A stretch of 56,766 nucleotides of DNA from contig CAXMSF010000018.1 in assembly GCA_964196055.1 (NCBI GenBank), positions 1-56,766 on the forward strand, read 5' to 3'. Below the pieces are notes generated by a model. The model had not been told where the DNA came from, searched no databases, and was given only the letters and a program-made list of their open reading frames with translations. Every line of letters starts with the position of its first letter. Position 1 is the stretch's first letter. This document shows, piece by piece, positions 56,354 through 56,766 of this stretch. Position numbers and translations under genes: made by a program. Origin of the DNA: an uncultured Gammaproteobacteria bacterium. GTDB lineage: Bacteria; Myxococcota_A; UBA9160; SMWR01.

Positions 56354-56766
56354 ATGCAACGTTGCCTCGTCACCCTCGCGAGTATGCTCTGGCTGCTTGC
56401 CGGCCTCGCGACCGCCGAGACCACTACCGCGGCCGAGCCCGCCGAATCGGCGCCAAAGGGGGAAAGCAGCGAGCCCTCGCAGTCGGACCGGCTGACGCAA
56501 CTCCAGAAGGCGCTCGCCTCCGACGAGGCGAAGCTCGAACGGCTGGGGCGGGAACGCGAAGAGAATGCGGCGGAATTCGACAGCGTGAACCAGTTGCGGG
56601 AAACGCTCGACATCCGGATCGAGGAGCTGCAGGAGCAGCTATCGAATACCGACGATTCCGAGCAGAAGCCCGCACTCGAGGCCGAAATCAAAGAGCTCAC
56701 GATCGAGAGCGGCCTGGGCCGAAAGCACACCGATTTTCTCGTCGAGGCCAGCAAGACCCTGAGCGA
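56354..56766 (+). CDS. secreted coiled-coil protein, N-terminal fragment running off the window (resembles the periplasmic N-terminus of MscK-type channels; unverified)
   Basis: Open frame from ATG 56354 to the window end: MQRCLVTLASMLWLLAGLATAETT (signal peptide), then heptad-rich LTQLQKALASDEAKLERLGREREENAAEFDSVNQLRETLDIRIEELQEQL. It is not in the ORF track because no stop is reached. Confidence 0.6.
   Translation, partial: MQRCLVTLASMLWLLAGLATAETTTAAEPAESAPKGESSEPSQSDRLTQLQKALASDEAKLERLGREREENAAEFDSVNQLRETLDIRIEELQEQLSNTDDSEQKPALEAEIKELTIESGLGRKHTDFLVEASKTLS

Overview
A 56.8-kb GC-rich bacterial chromosomal segment. The envelope genes are Gram-negative in type. The sigma-54 activator, MCP, and AMIN- and GspB-like proteins hint at a deltaproteobacterial or Myxococcota-like lineage, but that is inference only. 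I can support about 55 protein-coding genes. By eye there are no rRNA or tRNA genes, CRISPR arrays, transposases, integrases or phage genes.

Gene content from left to right:
- a truncated MscS channel, a nitroreductase and a hypothetical protein;
- an HxlR regulator translationally coupled to a molybdopterin oxidoreductase;
- a sulfatase-like protein lacking the CxPxR motif, a GT2 glycosyltransferase and an orphan multi-TM MCP;
- an FAD oxidoreductase, a transglutaminase-like protein, an SDR and a GST;
- serS abutting selB, then lepB;
- a tightly packed 10-gene nuo operon reading nuoA-E-F-G-H-J-K-L-M-N, with no nuoB/C/D/I;
- gpsA, then feoAB preceded by a Fur box, with a SHOCT-tailed lipoprotein downstream;
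- a Cys/Met PLP enzyme, a 94-bp tandem repeat and ogt;
- a sigma-54 enhancer-binding response regulator and a small two-repeat protein with a histone-H1-like tail;
- gshB, PBP1A, an alpha/beta hydrolase, a NUDIX hydrolase and an LLM oxidoreductase;
- a rhomboid-sirtuin-DUF4097 operon;
- an ExeA/GspB-like pair with no T2SS genes, and a type II PanK-like kinase;
- a Zn-ribbon gene plus two ArsA-HSP20 ATPase genes, followed by an AMIN/TM/coiled-coil protein;
- two tandem PaaI-type thioesterase paralogues and the start of a secreted coiled-coil protein.

The best candidates for undescribed biology:
- the non-arsenical ArsA/Get3-like module at 50341-54723;
- the nuo operon without a Q-module;
- the small basic repeat protein next to the sigma-54 activator;
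- the orphan ExeA/GspB pair.

All functional assignments come from motif recognition by eye. No database search was run.
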